Assembly (NCBI GenBank): GCA_027009865.1 | Contig: JALVCR010000117.1 | Coordinates: forward strand, 1 to 32,979 | From: Campylobacterales bacterium | GTDB lineage: Bacteria; Campylobacterota; Campylobacteria; Campylobacterales; JAADDG01 | Length of the DNA stretch: 32,979 nt | Direction of reading: 5' to 3' | Program-made: the position numbers and the translations under genes | Shown here: piece by piece, positions 9,248-17,102 of the stretch | How the letters are laid out: each line of letters opens with the position of its first letter | Position numbering within the stretch: the first letter of the stretch is position 1 | The notes under the pieces: model-generated | Seen by the model: the letters and a program-made list of their open reading frames with translations, nothing else | The model's database searches: none | Told to the model about the DNA's origin: nothing

Positions 9248-9351
9248 AAAAATTTTCCTTTTTTTGTTTTTAATTATATCACAATATGACTCTTAAAATT
9301 TATAAAGAAGCTCTTTTTTGGTATAATTTCCAAAGTTTCAAAGGAGTTGAG

Positions 9352-10026
9352 ATGATAAGCAAATTAGAGAAAAATTTTGATGAAATTTGGGAGAGAATAG
9401 AGAAAGTTAGACTAAGAACAAATCAATATCAAATAATTAAAATTGTAGCGGTTAGCAAAAGCGTAGAGAGCGATACTATAAGAGAGTTTTACAAAATAGG
9501 CCAAAGAGCTTTTGGAGAAAATAGAGTACAGGATTTAAAAAAGAAAGCCGAAGAGTTAAAAGATATTCCAATTGAGTGGCATTTTATAGGAAGGCTTCAA
9601 AAAAATAAGATAAATCATCTTTTAGATATAAATCCCTTTTTGATTCAATCTTGCGATAGTTTTGATTTGGCTGTAGAGATAGATAAAAGAGCTAAAGTAA
9701 AGGGGAGAAAAATTAAAGCCCTTTTGCAGATAAACAGCGCAAAAGAGGAGAGTAAAGCTGGAGTTATGCCGGAAGTTGCTATTGAGGAGTATTTGAAAAT
9801 AAAAGAAAATTGTAAAAATATAGATTTAAAAGGGGTTATGACAATAGGCGCTCATACCGACAATAGAGATCTTATCAAAAAAAGTTTTGAGACTACTTTT
9901 AAAATTTTTGAATCTTTAGAGAAAGAGGGAGCAAAATATTGCTCCATGGGAATGAGCGATGATTTTGAATTGGCTATAGAGTGCGGGTCTAATATGCTTA
10001 GATTAGGGAGAATACTTTTCGATTAG
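9352..10026 (+). CDS. yggS: Pyridoxal phosphate homeostasis protein (YggS family)
   Basis: VAVSK, FGENRVQ, WHFIGRLQKNK, SMGMSDD and RLG motifs. Start moved to ATG 9352, which follows an AAGGAG RBS and TGGTATAAT at 9319-9327. Confidence 0.93.
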   Translation: MISKLEKNFDEIWERIEKVRLRTNQYQIIKIVAVSKSVESDTIREFYKIGQRAFGENRVQDLKKKAEELKDIPIEWHFIGRLQKNKINHLLDINPFLIQSCDSFDLAVEIDKRAKVKGRKIKALLQINSAKEESKAGVMPEVAIEEYLKIKENCKNIDLKGVMTIGAHTDNRDLIKKSFETTFKIFESLEKEGAKYCSMGMSDDFELAIECGSNMLRLGRILFD

Positions 10027-11043
10027 GCATCTTGCGATTTTGCCATCCAGGCCCCTAACAGCTTCTCCGAAAATATAAAAATCGCAGCTTCTCTCCTCTC
10101 CGTCGGCAAAAGAGACGATTCCGGATTTAAATATTCTAACCGGAAGTCCGTCATGTTTGAATTTTGCTACCTCTTGCCAATTTTCCAAATCCGTGCTTGC
10201 AAAGAGATGGACGAAATTATCTTTTGTGCCGGGTTCTTTGTCTCTTACAGTAGATATTAAATATATTCCATCTTTTAAGGTTTTAGTATAGATTATAGGT
10301 CCTGGAAAGGATCTTACTTTTGTTAAATTTTTGCTTTTTCTATCCAATTTTAGTAAATAATTATCTTCAAATTCGCTATCCATAGCCCAATATACGCTCT
10401 CTTTTGTAAAAAATGCGCTGCATCCCCTGTAAATTTGAGTTCCGTCTCCTATCCATTCCATATTTTCAAAATTTTTATCTGTTTTTATAACAAAACACTC
10501 ATCTTTATAGTCTCCGGTAAATATCCATATTTTATCTTCAAAAGAGTCGTAATAGCATCCATGAATATGTTTAATTCTGCCAGGTTCAAAAACATAGGCT
10601 TTCTCCCAGCTTTTGCCTGCGTCTTTGCTTTTGTATATGGGAACCTCTTTTCTTTTGGGATTCATTCCGTATTCCCCAAAAATAATTGTATTGCCTTTGT
10701 CCAAGACCGTAACAGATTGATGAAGAATATTTCTGCAATTTTGCAAAGTCAAAGTGTGGGTTAATCTCTCTTCCTCTTTATCATAGAAATATACTTTAGA
10801 CATTCTTATAATTATATAACCTTTTGAAGTTGGGATGACATTACATTTATCAAGTCTTAAAACTCTTCTAAATAGGCGGCTAAAAGAGAGAAGTGTTTTC
10901 CAACCGTCTTTGGGAAGTTTTATTCTCTCTTCTTTAAAACCGTTTTTTATATAAATTTTGTTGTATTTGCTTGTAATTAGAAGAGTGTCTTTATGATAGT
11001 GGACAATTTCCCGATTTATAATGTGTTTGATTTCAAATTTCAT
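10003..11043 (-). CDS. Asp-box (BNR) beta-propeller, sialidase-like fold, function unknown
   Basis: Asp-box SKDAGKSW with degenerate copies (TDKNFEN, STDLENW); FGEYG and KHIHG motifs; no signal peptide. Confidence 0.6.
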   Translation of the reverse strand: MKFEIKHIINREIVHYHKDTLLITSKYNKIYIKNGFKEERIKLPKDGWKTLLSFSRLFRRVLRLDKCNVIPTSKGYIIIRMSKVYFYDKEEERLTHTLTLQNCRNILHQSVTVLDKGNTIIFGEYGMNPKRKEVPIYKSKDAGKSWEKAYVFEPGRIKHIHGCYYDSFEDKIWIFTGDYKDECFVIKTDKNFENMEWIGDGTQIYRGCSAFFTKESVYWAMDSEFEDNYLLKLDRKSKNLTKVRSFPGPIIYTKTLKDGIYLISTVRDKEPGTKDNFVHLFASTDLENWQEVAKFKHDGLPVRIFKSGIVSFADGEERSCDFYIFGEAVRGLDGKIARCLIEKYSP

Positions 11044-11150
11044 TTATACACCTTTAAAGGTAAAAATTATCGTTTAAGTTAAATCGTCTTTTATTATATG
11101 GTTTTTAATATTAAAAAATTGTTATACAAGTAATATTAAATTAATTTAAC

Positions 11151-11169
11151 TTTAGTATTTTTCACTAAA
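11151..11169. promoter_or_regulatory. HAIR-like inverted repeat, putative HspR operator 1
   Basis: TTTAGT-N7-ACTAAA; same geometry as HAIR (CTTGAGT-N7-ACTCAAG); upstream of hsp20. Confidence 0.6.
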
Positions 11170-11194
11170 AAAATTTGAGCTAAAATTATAAAAT

Positions 11195-11221
11195 TTAGCA
11201 AATGTTCTTGACAATTGATAA
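11195..11221. promoter_or_regulatory. CIRCE-like inverted repeat, putative HrcA operator overlapping the -35
   Basis: TTAGCAAAT-N9-AATTGATAA versus CIRCE TTAGCACTC-N9-GAGTGCTAA; 6/9 match in each arm. Confidence 0.45.
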
Positions 11222-11236
11222 AAAATCGGTTATAAT
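11208..11236 (+). promoter_or_regulatory. Consensus sigma70-type promoter of hsp20
   Basis: TTGACA (11208-13), 17-nt spacer, TATAAT (11231-36). Confidence 0.85.
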
Positions 11237-11243
11237 TTCAGTG

Positions 11244-11262
11244 TTTAGTTTATGAGACTAAA
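11244..11262. promoter_or_regulatory. HAIR-like inverted repeat, putative HspR operator 2, just after the predicted TSS
   Basis: Second exact TTTAGT-N7-ACTAAA. Confidence 0.6.
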
Positions 11263-11295
11263 AGAAATTAAATAAATAACAAAAGGAGGTTTGAG

Positions 11296-11751
11296 ATGAA
11301 CATTACAAGATTTGATCCTTTCAGATTCGATCCATTCAAAGAGTTTAGAGAGATGTCAAAAGCTTTGGAGCAATTTACAAATATTGCAAATCAAGTTACA
11401 AAAAGCGAGGGAAATATTGCCAGTTTTACGCCTACCGTAAATACAAGAGAGGATGATAAAGCTTACTACATAGAAGCAGATTTGCCTGGAGTGAAAAAAG
11501 AGGATATTAATCTTGATATAAAAGATAATGTTTTAACAATTTCTGGGGAGAGAAAGCTTAAAAAAGAGGTAAAAAAAGAGGACTACTACAAAGTAGAGAG
11601 CGTTTACGGAAAATTTGAAAGAAGCTTTACTCTTCCTGATGATGTTGATGTGGATAAAATAGAAGCAAAAAGCGAAGATGGCGTATTGGAGATAACTCTT
11701 CCTAAAAAAGTTGAAGAGAAGAAACAAGCTAAAAAAATAGAAGTAAAATAA
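11296..11751 (+). CDS. Small heat-shock protein (Hsp20/alpha-crystallin family)
   Basis: ADLPGVKKEDI, LTISGER, YGKFERSFTLP, DGVLEITLPK and C-terminal IEV; strong AAGGAGG RBS. Confidence 0.95.
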   Translation: MNITRFDPFRFDPFKEFREMSKALEQFTNIANQVTKSEGNIASFTPTVNTREDDKAYYIEADLPGVKKEDINLDIKDNVLTISGERKLKKEVKKEDYYKVESVYGKFERSFTLPDDVDVDKIEAKSEDGVLEITLPKKVEEKKQAKKIEVK

Positions 11752-11775
11752 GAGAGATATTTTCTCTCTTATTTT
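11745..11775 (+). terminator. Hairpin terminator after hsp20
   Basis: Perfect 13-bp stem AAAATAAGAGAGA/TCTCTCTTATTTT with a 5-nt loop. Confidence 0.7.
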
Positions 11776-11779
11776 CGTT

Positions 11780-11788
11780 TGCTATAAT
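11780..11788 (+). promoter_or_regulatory. Extended -10 promoter of the cbi operon
   Basis: TGCTATAAT 21 nt upstream of the TTG start. Confidence 0.6.
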
Positions 11789-11809
11789 AGCGCCTAAAAA
11801 AGGCTATAT

Positions 11810-12946
11810 TTGGTTACTATTATAGGAAGCGGAATAGGGGAGAAGGATTTTTCAAAAATAGATACGGATTTAAACAGTTTCGATACAATTGTATGCGATA
11901 AAAGTTTTAAAGAAAAGAGAAAAAATCTTTTAAAACTCTCTCTAAAAGAGGCTAAAGAGTTTATCTTAAAAAATAGAGATAAAAATATAGCCTATATAGT
12001 CAGCGGTTCTCCACTTTTTTATTCAGCTGCCTCTTTTATCTGCCAAAAAATTCAAAACTGCAAAATAGTTAATAATACCTCCTCTCTTGAATATCTTCTC
12101 TTAAAACTTAAAATTCCTTTCCAGAAAGTATCCGTTTTATCTTTGCACGGAAGAGAGAAGAGCGATTTAAACGAGCTTTTAAGAGGGGAATATACTTTTA
12201 TTTTATGCGATAAAGAGAGTGTTTTTAAATTAAGAAAAGATCTCTATTGGGTTAGGGATAAGATAGAGACATATTTGGGATACAAGATGGGGTGTTTGGA
12301 TGAAGAGATTAAGAAAATAGATCTCTTTAGGGATGATTTTAATACAAAAGAGCCTCATGTTTTATTAATTAAAAGAAATTTTGAAAGAAAAGATAGCTCT
12401 TTAGATGATAAGGATTTTGAAAAAGAGAGGGGGATGATTACCAAAAAATATAAAAGAGAGCTCTCTTTGGCTCATTTAAAGCTATCTTCCAATCTTTTGC
12501 TTTGGGATGTTGGAGCGGGCAGCGGAAGCTGTTCGATAGAGGCTTTTGTCAGATTTAAAACAAGATCTATTCTTTTTGAGAAAAATCCAAAAAGAGTTGA
12601 AATGATAAAGAGAAATTTAGAAAAACATAATGTTTTAGCAGCTGAAGTTATTGAGGGAAGGGCTGAAGATTTTTTTGAAAAGAAAGCTTCTCCAGATAGA
12701 GTTTTAATCGGAGGAGGGGGAGAGGGAGTTATTAGAAAAATTCCTTTTTTGTTTGATATTTTAAATGATAAAGGAATTATTTTAATAAATTTGGTATCTT
12801 TAAAACATCTCTCTTTAGCAATTTTGATTTTGCAAGAGGCTGGGATAGATTATGAAGTTATATCCCTCTCTTTGACAACTTACAAAAATTCTCTTAAAAT
12901 AAGCGAGCCTGAGAGAGAGATTTTTTGGATAAAGATTGAGAAATGA
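11810..12946 (+). CDS. cbiET: Bifunctional cobalt-precorrin-7 C5-methyltransferase / cobalt-precorrin-6B C15-methyltransferase (CbiET/CobL)
   Basis: SGSPLFY and LSLHGR (CbiE part); MITK, WDVGAGSGSCSIE and PDRVLIGGGG (CbiT part). Confidence 0.85.
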   Translation: MVTIIGSGIGEKDFSKIDTDLNSFDTIVCDKSFKEKRKNLLKLSLKEAKEFILKNRDKNIAYIVSGSPLFYSAASFICQKIQNCKIVNNTSSLEYLLLKLKIPFQKVSVLSLHGREKSDLNELLRGEYTFILCDKESVFKLRKDLYWVRDKIETYLGYKMGCLDEEIKKIDLFRDDFNTKEPHVLLIKRNFERKDSSLDDKDFEKERGMITKKYKRELSLAHLKLSSNLLLWDVGAGSGSCSIEAFVRFKTRSILFEKNPKRVEMIKRNLEKHNVLAAEVIEGRAEDFFEKKASPDRVLIGGGGEGVIRKIPFLFDILNDKGIILINLVSLKHLSLAILILQEAGIDYEVISLSLTTYKNSLKISEPEREIFWIKIEK

Positions 12947-13659
12947 TATATTTTATAGGAGCCGGAAGCGGAGATAGCGAGCTGATTACCCTAAAGGGAT
13001 ACAAGATTTTAAAAAAAGCGGATGCCATTTTATACACCGGTTCTCTTGTTTCCAAAGAGATTTTAAATTTTTGCAAAAAAGAGGCTATTATAAAAGATTC
13101 ACAAAATATGAGTTATGAGGAGATATTCTCTTTTTTAAAAAAATATAGGAATAAAACGGTAGCGAGAGTGCATACCGGCGATCCTTCCATCTACTCTACG
13201 ATTGCCAGACAGATAGAATTTTTAGAAAAAGAGAAAATTCCTTTTAAAATTATTCCCGGAGTTACGGCAGCTTTTGCCGCGGCTGCAAGTTTGGGGATAG
13301 AATATACAATTCCTGGAGTCTCTCAGACTCTTGTTTTAACAAGGATTGAAGGAAAAACAAAAAATCCAGAGCCTCTTTATAATATTTTATCTCTAAAACA
13401 CTCCTCTTTGGTTTTTTATCTATCCATTAACTTAATAGATAAATTAAAAAAAGAGGCTTTGAAAGCTGGATATTCAAAGGATACGCCGTGTTGGGTTGTT
13501 TATAAAGCAAGCTGGATGGATGAGAAAATATTTAAAGGAACGATAGAGGATATAGGAGAAAAGGTTTCTCATATAAAGGGGATTGCTTTGATACTTTTTG
13601 GAGATTTTTTAAATCAAAAAGAGAGATACTCTTCAAAGCTTTATAAAGAGAAGAGATGA
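12943..13659 (+). CDS. cbiF: Precorrin-4 C11-methyltransferase (CbiF/CobM)
   Basis: FIGAGSGD.ELITLKG, YTGSLV, RVHTGDPSIY, PGVTA, TIPGVSQTLVLTR and YKASW. Confidence 0.92.
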   Translation: MIYFIGAGSGDSELITLKGYKILKKADAILYTGSLVSKEILNFCKKEAIIKDSQNMSYEEIFSFLKKYRNKTVARVHTGDPSIYSTIARQIEFLEKEKIPFKIIPGVTAAFAAAASLGIEYTIPGVSQTLVLTRIEGKTKNPEPLYNILSLKHSSLVFYLSINLIDKLKKEALKAGYSKDTPCWVVYKASWMDEKIFKGTIEDIGEKVSHIKGIALILFGDFLNQKERYSSKLYKEKR

Positions 13660-14645
13660 AAATAGCAATTATTTCAATTAATGATGTAAGTTTCAAAGCG
13701 GCTTTAAGGCTTGCTTCCTTTTTAAAAAACCATGATGTTAAAATCTATAAAAAAGATAGAGATTTTATAAAGCTTGATGATATTTTAAAAGATATTTGGG
13801 AAAAAAGTGAAGCTTTGATTTTTATTATGGCTATTGGAGCTGTTGTTAGAAAAGTAGCTTCTTTGTTAAAAAATAAAAGCGAAGATCCCGCCGTTTTGGT
13901 TATGACTTTGGATCTTTTGAAAGTTGTCCCCTTGCTTGGAGGCCATCTTGGCGGAGCTAACGAGCTTTCTGTTGAAATTTGCAAAAAAATCAAAGGGTGT
14001 ATCCCTTTTATTACCACAGCTACTGATCAGATGGATGTTTTATCTTTTGATATGTTTGCCAAAGAGAGGGGATTTTTGATAGAAAATCTATTTAGACTTT
14101 CTAAAGTTTCAAACGCCCTTTTAAACGGAAAAGAGATTGAGGTGGCAACTTATGAGAATATTTTTAAATCTATTGAGAAAAAAAATAATTTGAAGTTGAT
14201 TCCTTTTGAGAGGTTAGATGAAAACAGCGTTTTAATATCCCCCTTTTCTAATCCCTTAAAGCCTCTTACCCTAAAACCTCCGCTGTTTATTGGAATCGGG
14301 TGCAATAGGGGAGTTTGCAGGGAGAAGATAAAAAGAGCTTTTTTAATTTTTTTGGAAAAATACTCTTTAAAAAGAGAACAGATAAAAGCTTTGGCCTCTT
14401 TTGAAGCCAAAAAGAGTGAAAAGGGGCTTTTGGAGTTTGCAGAAGAGTTTAAATTGGAGATAAAATTTTTCGATAAAGAGAGTATAAACTCTTTAGAGAG
14501 TGATTTTAGCCGCTCTTTTGCGAAAAAATATTTTGATATTAAGGGAGTCGCCGAACCTTCGGCTGTTTTAGCAAGCCGTTACAGGGAGCTTGTCATAAAG
14601 AAAGAATCATTTTTCAAAGAGATAACTATTGCGGGAGCAGTTTAA
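13656..14645 (+). CDS. cbiG: Cobalt-precorrin-5A hydrolase
   Basis: DPAVLV, LLGGHLGGAN, ITTATD, GIGCNRG and GVAEPSA. Confidence 0.92.
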   Translation: MKIAIISINDVSFKAALRLASFLKNHDVKIYKKDRDFIKLDDILKDIWEKSEALIFIMAIGAVVRKVASLLKNKSEDPAVLVMTLDLLKVVPLLGGHLGGANELSVEICKKIKGCIPFITTATDQMDVLSFDMFAKERGFLIENLFRLSKVSNALLNGKEIEVATYENIFKSIEKKNNLKLIPFERLDENSVLISPFSNPLKPLTLKPPLFIGIGCNRGVCREKIKRAFLIFLEKYSLKREQIKALASFEAKKSEKGLLEFAEEFKLEIKFFDKESINSLESDFSRSFAKKYFDIKGVAEPSAVLASRYRELVIKKESFFKEITIAGAV

Positions 14646-15427
14646 TGAACAGACTTTATGTAATTTCAACAGGACCCGGAGGGTATGATTATTTAACAAG
14701 TGAGGCTTTAAGAGCGTTAAGAGAGTGCGAGGTTGTGGTCAGTTATAGAAGATATGCAAAAGATTTAAAAGAGCTTTTAAAAGATAAGGAAGTTTACACT
14801 TCCGGTATGACTAAAGAGATTCAAAGATGCAAAGATGCAATAGATTTTGCAAGAAGCGGCAAAACTACGGCGATTATCTCAAACGGGGATGTAAATGTTT
14901 TTGGAATGGCGACTTTAATAGTTGAACTTATAGATGAGATGGATTTATGGGATGAGTTGGAGGTTATCTCAATTCCGGGAGTTACGGCAGCTTTTGCCGC
15001 AGCTTCCAAATGCGGAGCCCCTTTATCTCAAGATTTTGCAATTATATCGCTTTCAGATAAATTAACAGAATTTGAAGTGATAGAGAAGAGAGTTAAAAAC
15101 TCTCTTGAAGCTGATATGGTGATAGCGATTTATAATCCCCTTTCCAAAAAGAGAATAGAGCCTTATAAAATGTTTTTAAGATATTTATCGCTCTATCCCA
15201 AGAGAGCTGTTTTGGTAGCTTCCCACATAGGAAGAGGAGAAAAAGAGCAAATTCAAGTATTAAAAGCAAAAGAGCTTGTTAAAAGAGGATATGAAAATGA
15301 GGATATTTCAATGTCCACTTTGATAATTGTGGGAAATTCCACTACAAGATTTACAAAAAACAGAAAGCTTTTAACCCCAAGGGGGTATTTGAAAAAGTAT
15401 GATTTAAACGGAGAAATTAGAGCTTAG
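14645..15427 (+). CDS. cbiH: Precorrin-3B C17-methyltransferase (CbiH/CobJ)
   Basis: GPG, GDVNVFGMA, GAPLSQDF, ISLSD, YNP.S..R, IVGNS.T and TPRGY. Confidence 0.92.
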   Translation: MNRLYVISTGPGGYDYLTSEALRALRECEVVVSYRRYAKDLKELLKDKEVYTSGMTKEIQRCKDAIDFARSGKTTAIISNGDVNVFGMATLIVELIDEMDLWDELEVISIPGVTAAFAAASKCGAPLSQDFAIISLSDKLTEFEVIEKRVKNSLEADMVIAIYNPLSKKRIEPYKMFLRYLSLYPKRAVLVASHIGRGEKEQIQVLKAKELVKRGYENEDISMSTLIIVGNSTTRFTKNRKLLTPRGYLKKYDLNGEIRA

Positions 15428-15726
15428 GCTTCTAATTGATATAGCTCTTTGAAAAGAAAAGCCTCAATTATATCTTCTATATTTCTTTGGGTAGGGGCTA
15501 TTAAAACTGGAATATTCTCCTCTATAAATGGCCAGCAGTAATCGTTTTTGCTTGGCAAAATTACCACATCTACAAAATCCTCTATCTCCTCTCTTGTTTT
15601 ATAAAAATCCATCTTTTGGATTTTTCCCTCTTTTAGCTCTAAAACTCCCCAAAATTTCGCTTCTGTAGAAAGCGTTAAAGAGGCTGTGTCGATATCGTTT
15701 GAATTTAGGGGTAAAAGTATAAGCAT
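15424..15726 (-). CDS. Small acidic hypothetical protein, possibly NifX/NifB-like fold
   Basis: AAGGA RBS and own TGCTATAAT (15758-15750 on minus). The fold guess rests only on the overall sequence pattern. Confidence 0.55.
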   Translation of the reverse strand: MLILLPLNSNDIDTASLTLSTEAKFWGVLELKEGKIQKMDFYKTREEIEDFVDVVILPSKNDYCWPFIEENIPVLIAPTQRNIEDIIEAFLFKELYQLEA

Positions 15727-15763
15727 TATTTATCCTTTTTTTGAAAAGGATTATAGCAAAAAT

Positions 15764-16513
15764 TTATAAAGCTATAAAATATGGGTTTTTTAGATTTTCT
15801 TTATTGTAAATTAGAGGTTTTCTATCTTCATATCTTACGATTTTTCTTTTGCACTCTCTAAGTATTGCATCTCCCGCGGCGGTATCCCACTCCATCGTAG
15901 GGGATAGTCTTGGATAGATATCGGCTAAATTTTCGGCCAAAAGAGCAAATTTAAGAGAGCTTCCTTTTGAGATTATCTCTATCTTTTTTTCAGTTTTTAT
16001 AGAAGATATGAAATCTTTTGTCTCTTTGGATAGATGAGAGCGGCTTGCTATAACTCTTAGAGTATTATGTTTTTTTATAAAAGGAAGAGGTTTTTCATTT
16101 TTGAAAGCTCCGCTTCCTTTTTTCGCAAAGTATAAATCTTTTAAAATGGGAGCATAAATTACTCCCAAAACCGGCTCTTGTTTATGTATCAAGGCTATAT
16201 TTACAGTAAATTCTCCGTTTCTTTTAATAAACTCTTTAGTTCCGTCAAGAGGATCTACAAGCCATAAATATTCCCACTCTTTTCTTATTTTATATGGTAT
16301 TTTAGCGCTCTCTTCAGAGATTATCGGAATTTTGGGATATAATTGATTTAGGCTTTCGCAGATTATTTTATTTGATATTAAATCGGCTTTCGTTAAAGGG
16401 GAGTTATCCTCTTTCTTTTTTACTTCAAAATTTTGATTGTATATTTTTAAAATCTCCTCTCCAGCTTCTATGGCAATGGAGGTTATCTTTTTGATATCTA
16501 TTTTATCAAGCAT
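15764..16513 (-). CDS. cysQ: 3'(2'),5'-bisphosphate nucleotidase
   Basis: SPLTKAD, SEE, WLVDPLDGTKEF, SRSH, GSSLK and TMEWDTAAG. Confidence 0.95.
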   Translation of the reverse strand: MLDKIDIKKITSIAIEAGEEILKIYNQNFEVKKKEDNSPLTKADLISNKIICESLNQLYPKIPIISEESAKIPYKIRKEWEYLWLVDPLDGTKEFIKRNGEFTVNIALIHKQEPVLGVIYAPILKDLYFAKKGSGAFKNEKPLPFIKKHNTLRVIASRSHLSKETKDFISSIKTEKKIEIISKGSSLKFALLAENLADIYPRLSPTMEWDTAAGDAILRECKRKIVRYEDRKPLIYNKENLKNPYFIAL

Positions 16514-17102
16514 CTATAATTTTCCTCTTTCTTAAAAAAGATACTATTTTATCCACGCTATCCTTTAAACTCTCTTTATGGGGTTTTATATGAATTTGCG
16601 GATTTTTAGGTTTTTCATAAGGAGAGTCTATTCCTGTAAAATCTGCAATCTCTTTATTTAAAGCCTTTTTATAGAGCCCTTTTGGATCTCTTTTAATACA
16701 GATTTCTAAAGGAGTGTCTATAAAAACTTCTATAAAATTTTTGGGATTAATAATCTCTTTTACCTTTTCTCTATCTTTTTCAAAAGGGGAGATGAAAGCT
16801 GTAATCGTTATTATTCCAGCATCCAAAAAGAGCTTAGCTACTTCCGCTATCCTTCTTATATTCTCTTGTCTATCCTTTTTGCTAAAATGTAAATCTTTAT
16901 TTAGCCCTTCTCTTATATTGTCTCCGTCCAATAAATAGGTGTGGTATTCTTTTTGGTTTAAAAAATACTCAAGTTCATTTGCAATAGTGCTTTTACCGCT
17001 TCCGCTTAAGCCTGTCAGCCATATTACGCACCCTTTTTGCTTTTTTATTTTTTCTCTATCTTCTCTTTTTACTTTATGGGGATGAGATACTATATTCTTC
17101 AC
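16506..17102 (-). CDS. cysC: Adenylyl-sulfate kinase
   Basis: WLTGLSGSGKST, LDGDNIR, FISP, RDPKGLY and FTGIDSPYE. Start placed at GTG 17102, a GTGA overlap with the cysN stop. Confidence 0.95.
   Translation of the reverse strand: MKNIVSHPHKVKREDREKIKKQKGCVIWLTGLSGSGKSTIANELEYFLNQKEYHTYLLDGDNIREGLNKDLHFSKKDRQENIRRIAEVAKLFLDAGIITITAFISPFEKDREKVKEIINPKNFIEVFIDTPLEICIKRDPKGLYKKALNKEIADFTGIDSPYEKPKNPQIHIKPHKESLKDSVDKIVSFLRKRKIIDA

Noticed and set aside
11308-11337. 15-bp imperfect tandem repeat encoding RFDPF twice in hsp20
   Set aside because: DPF motifs are common in small HSP N-termini, and the synonymous differences argue against an active slippage locus.
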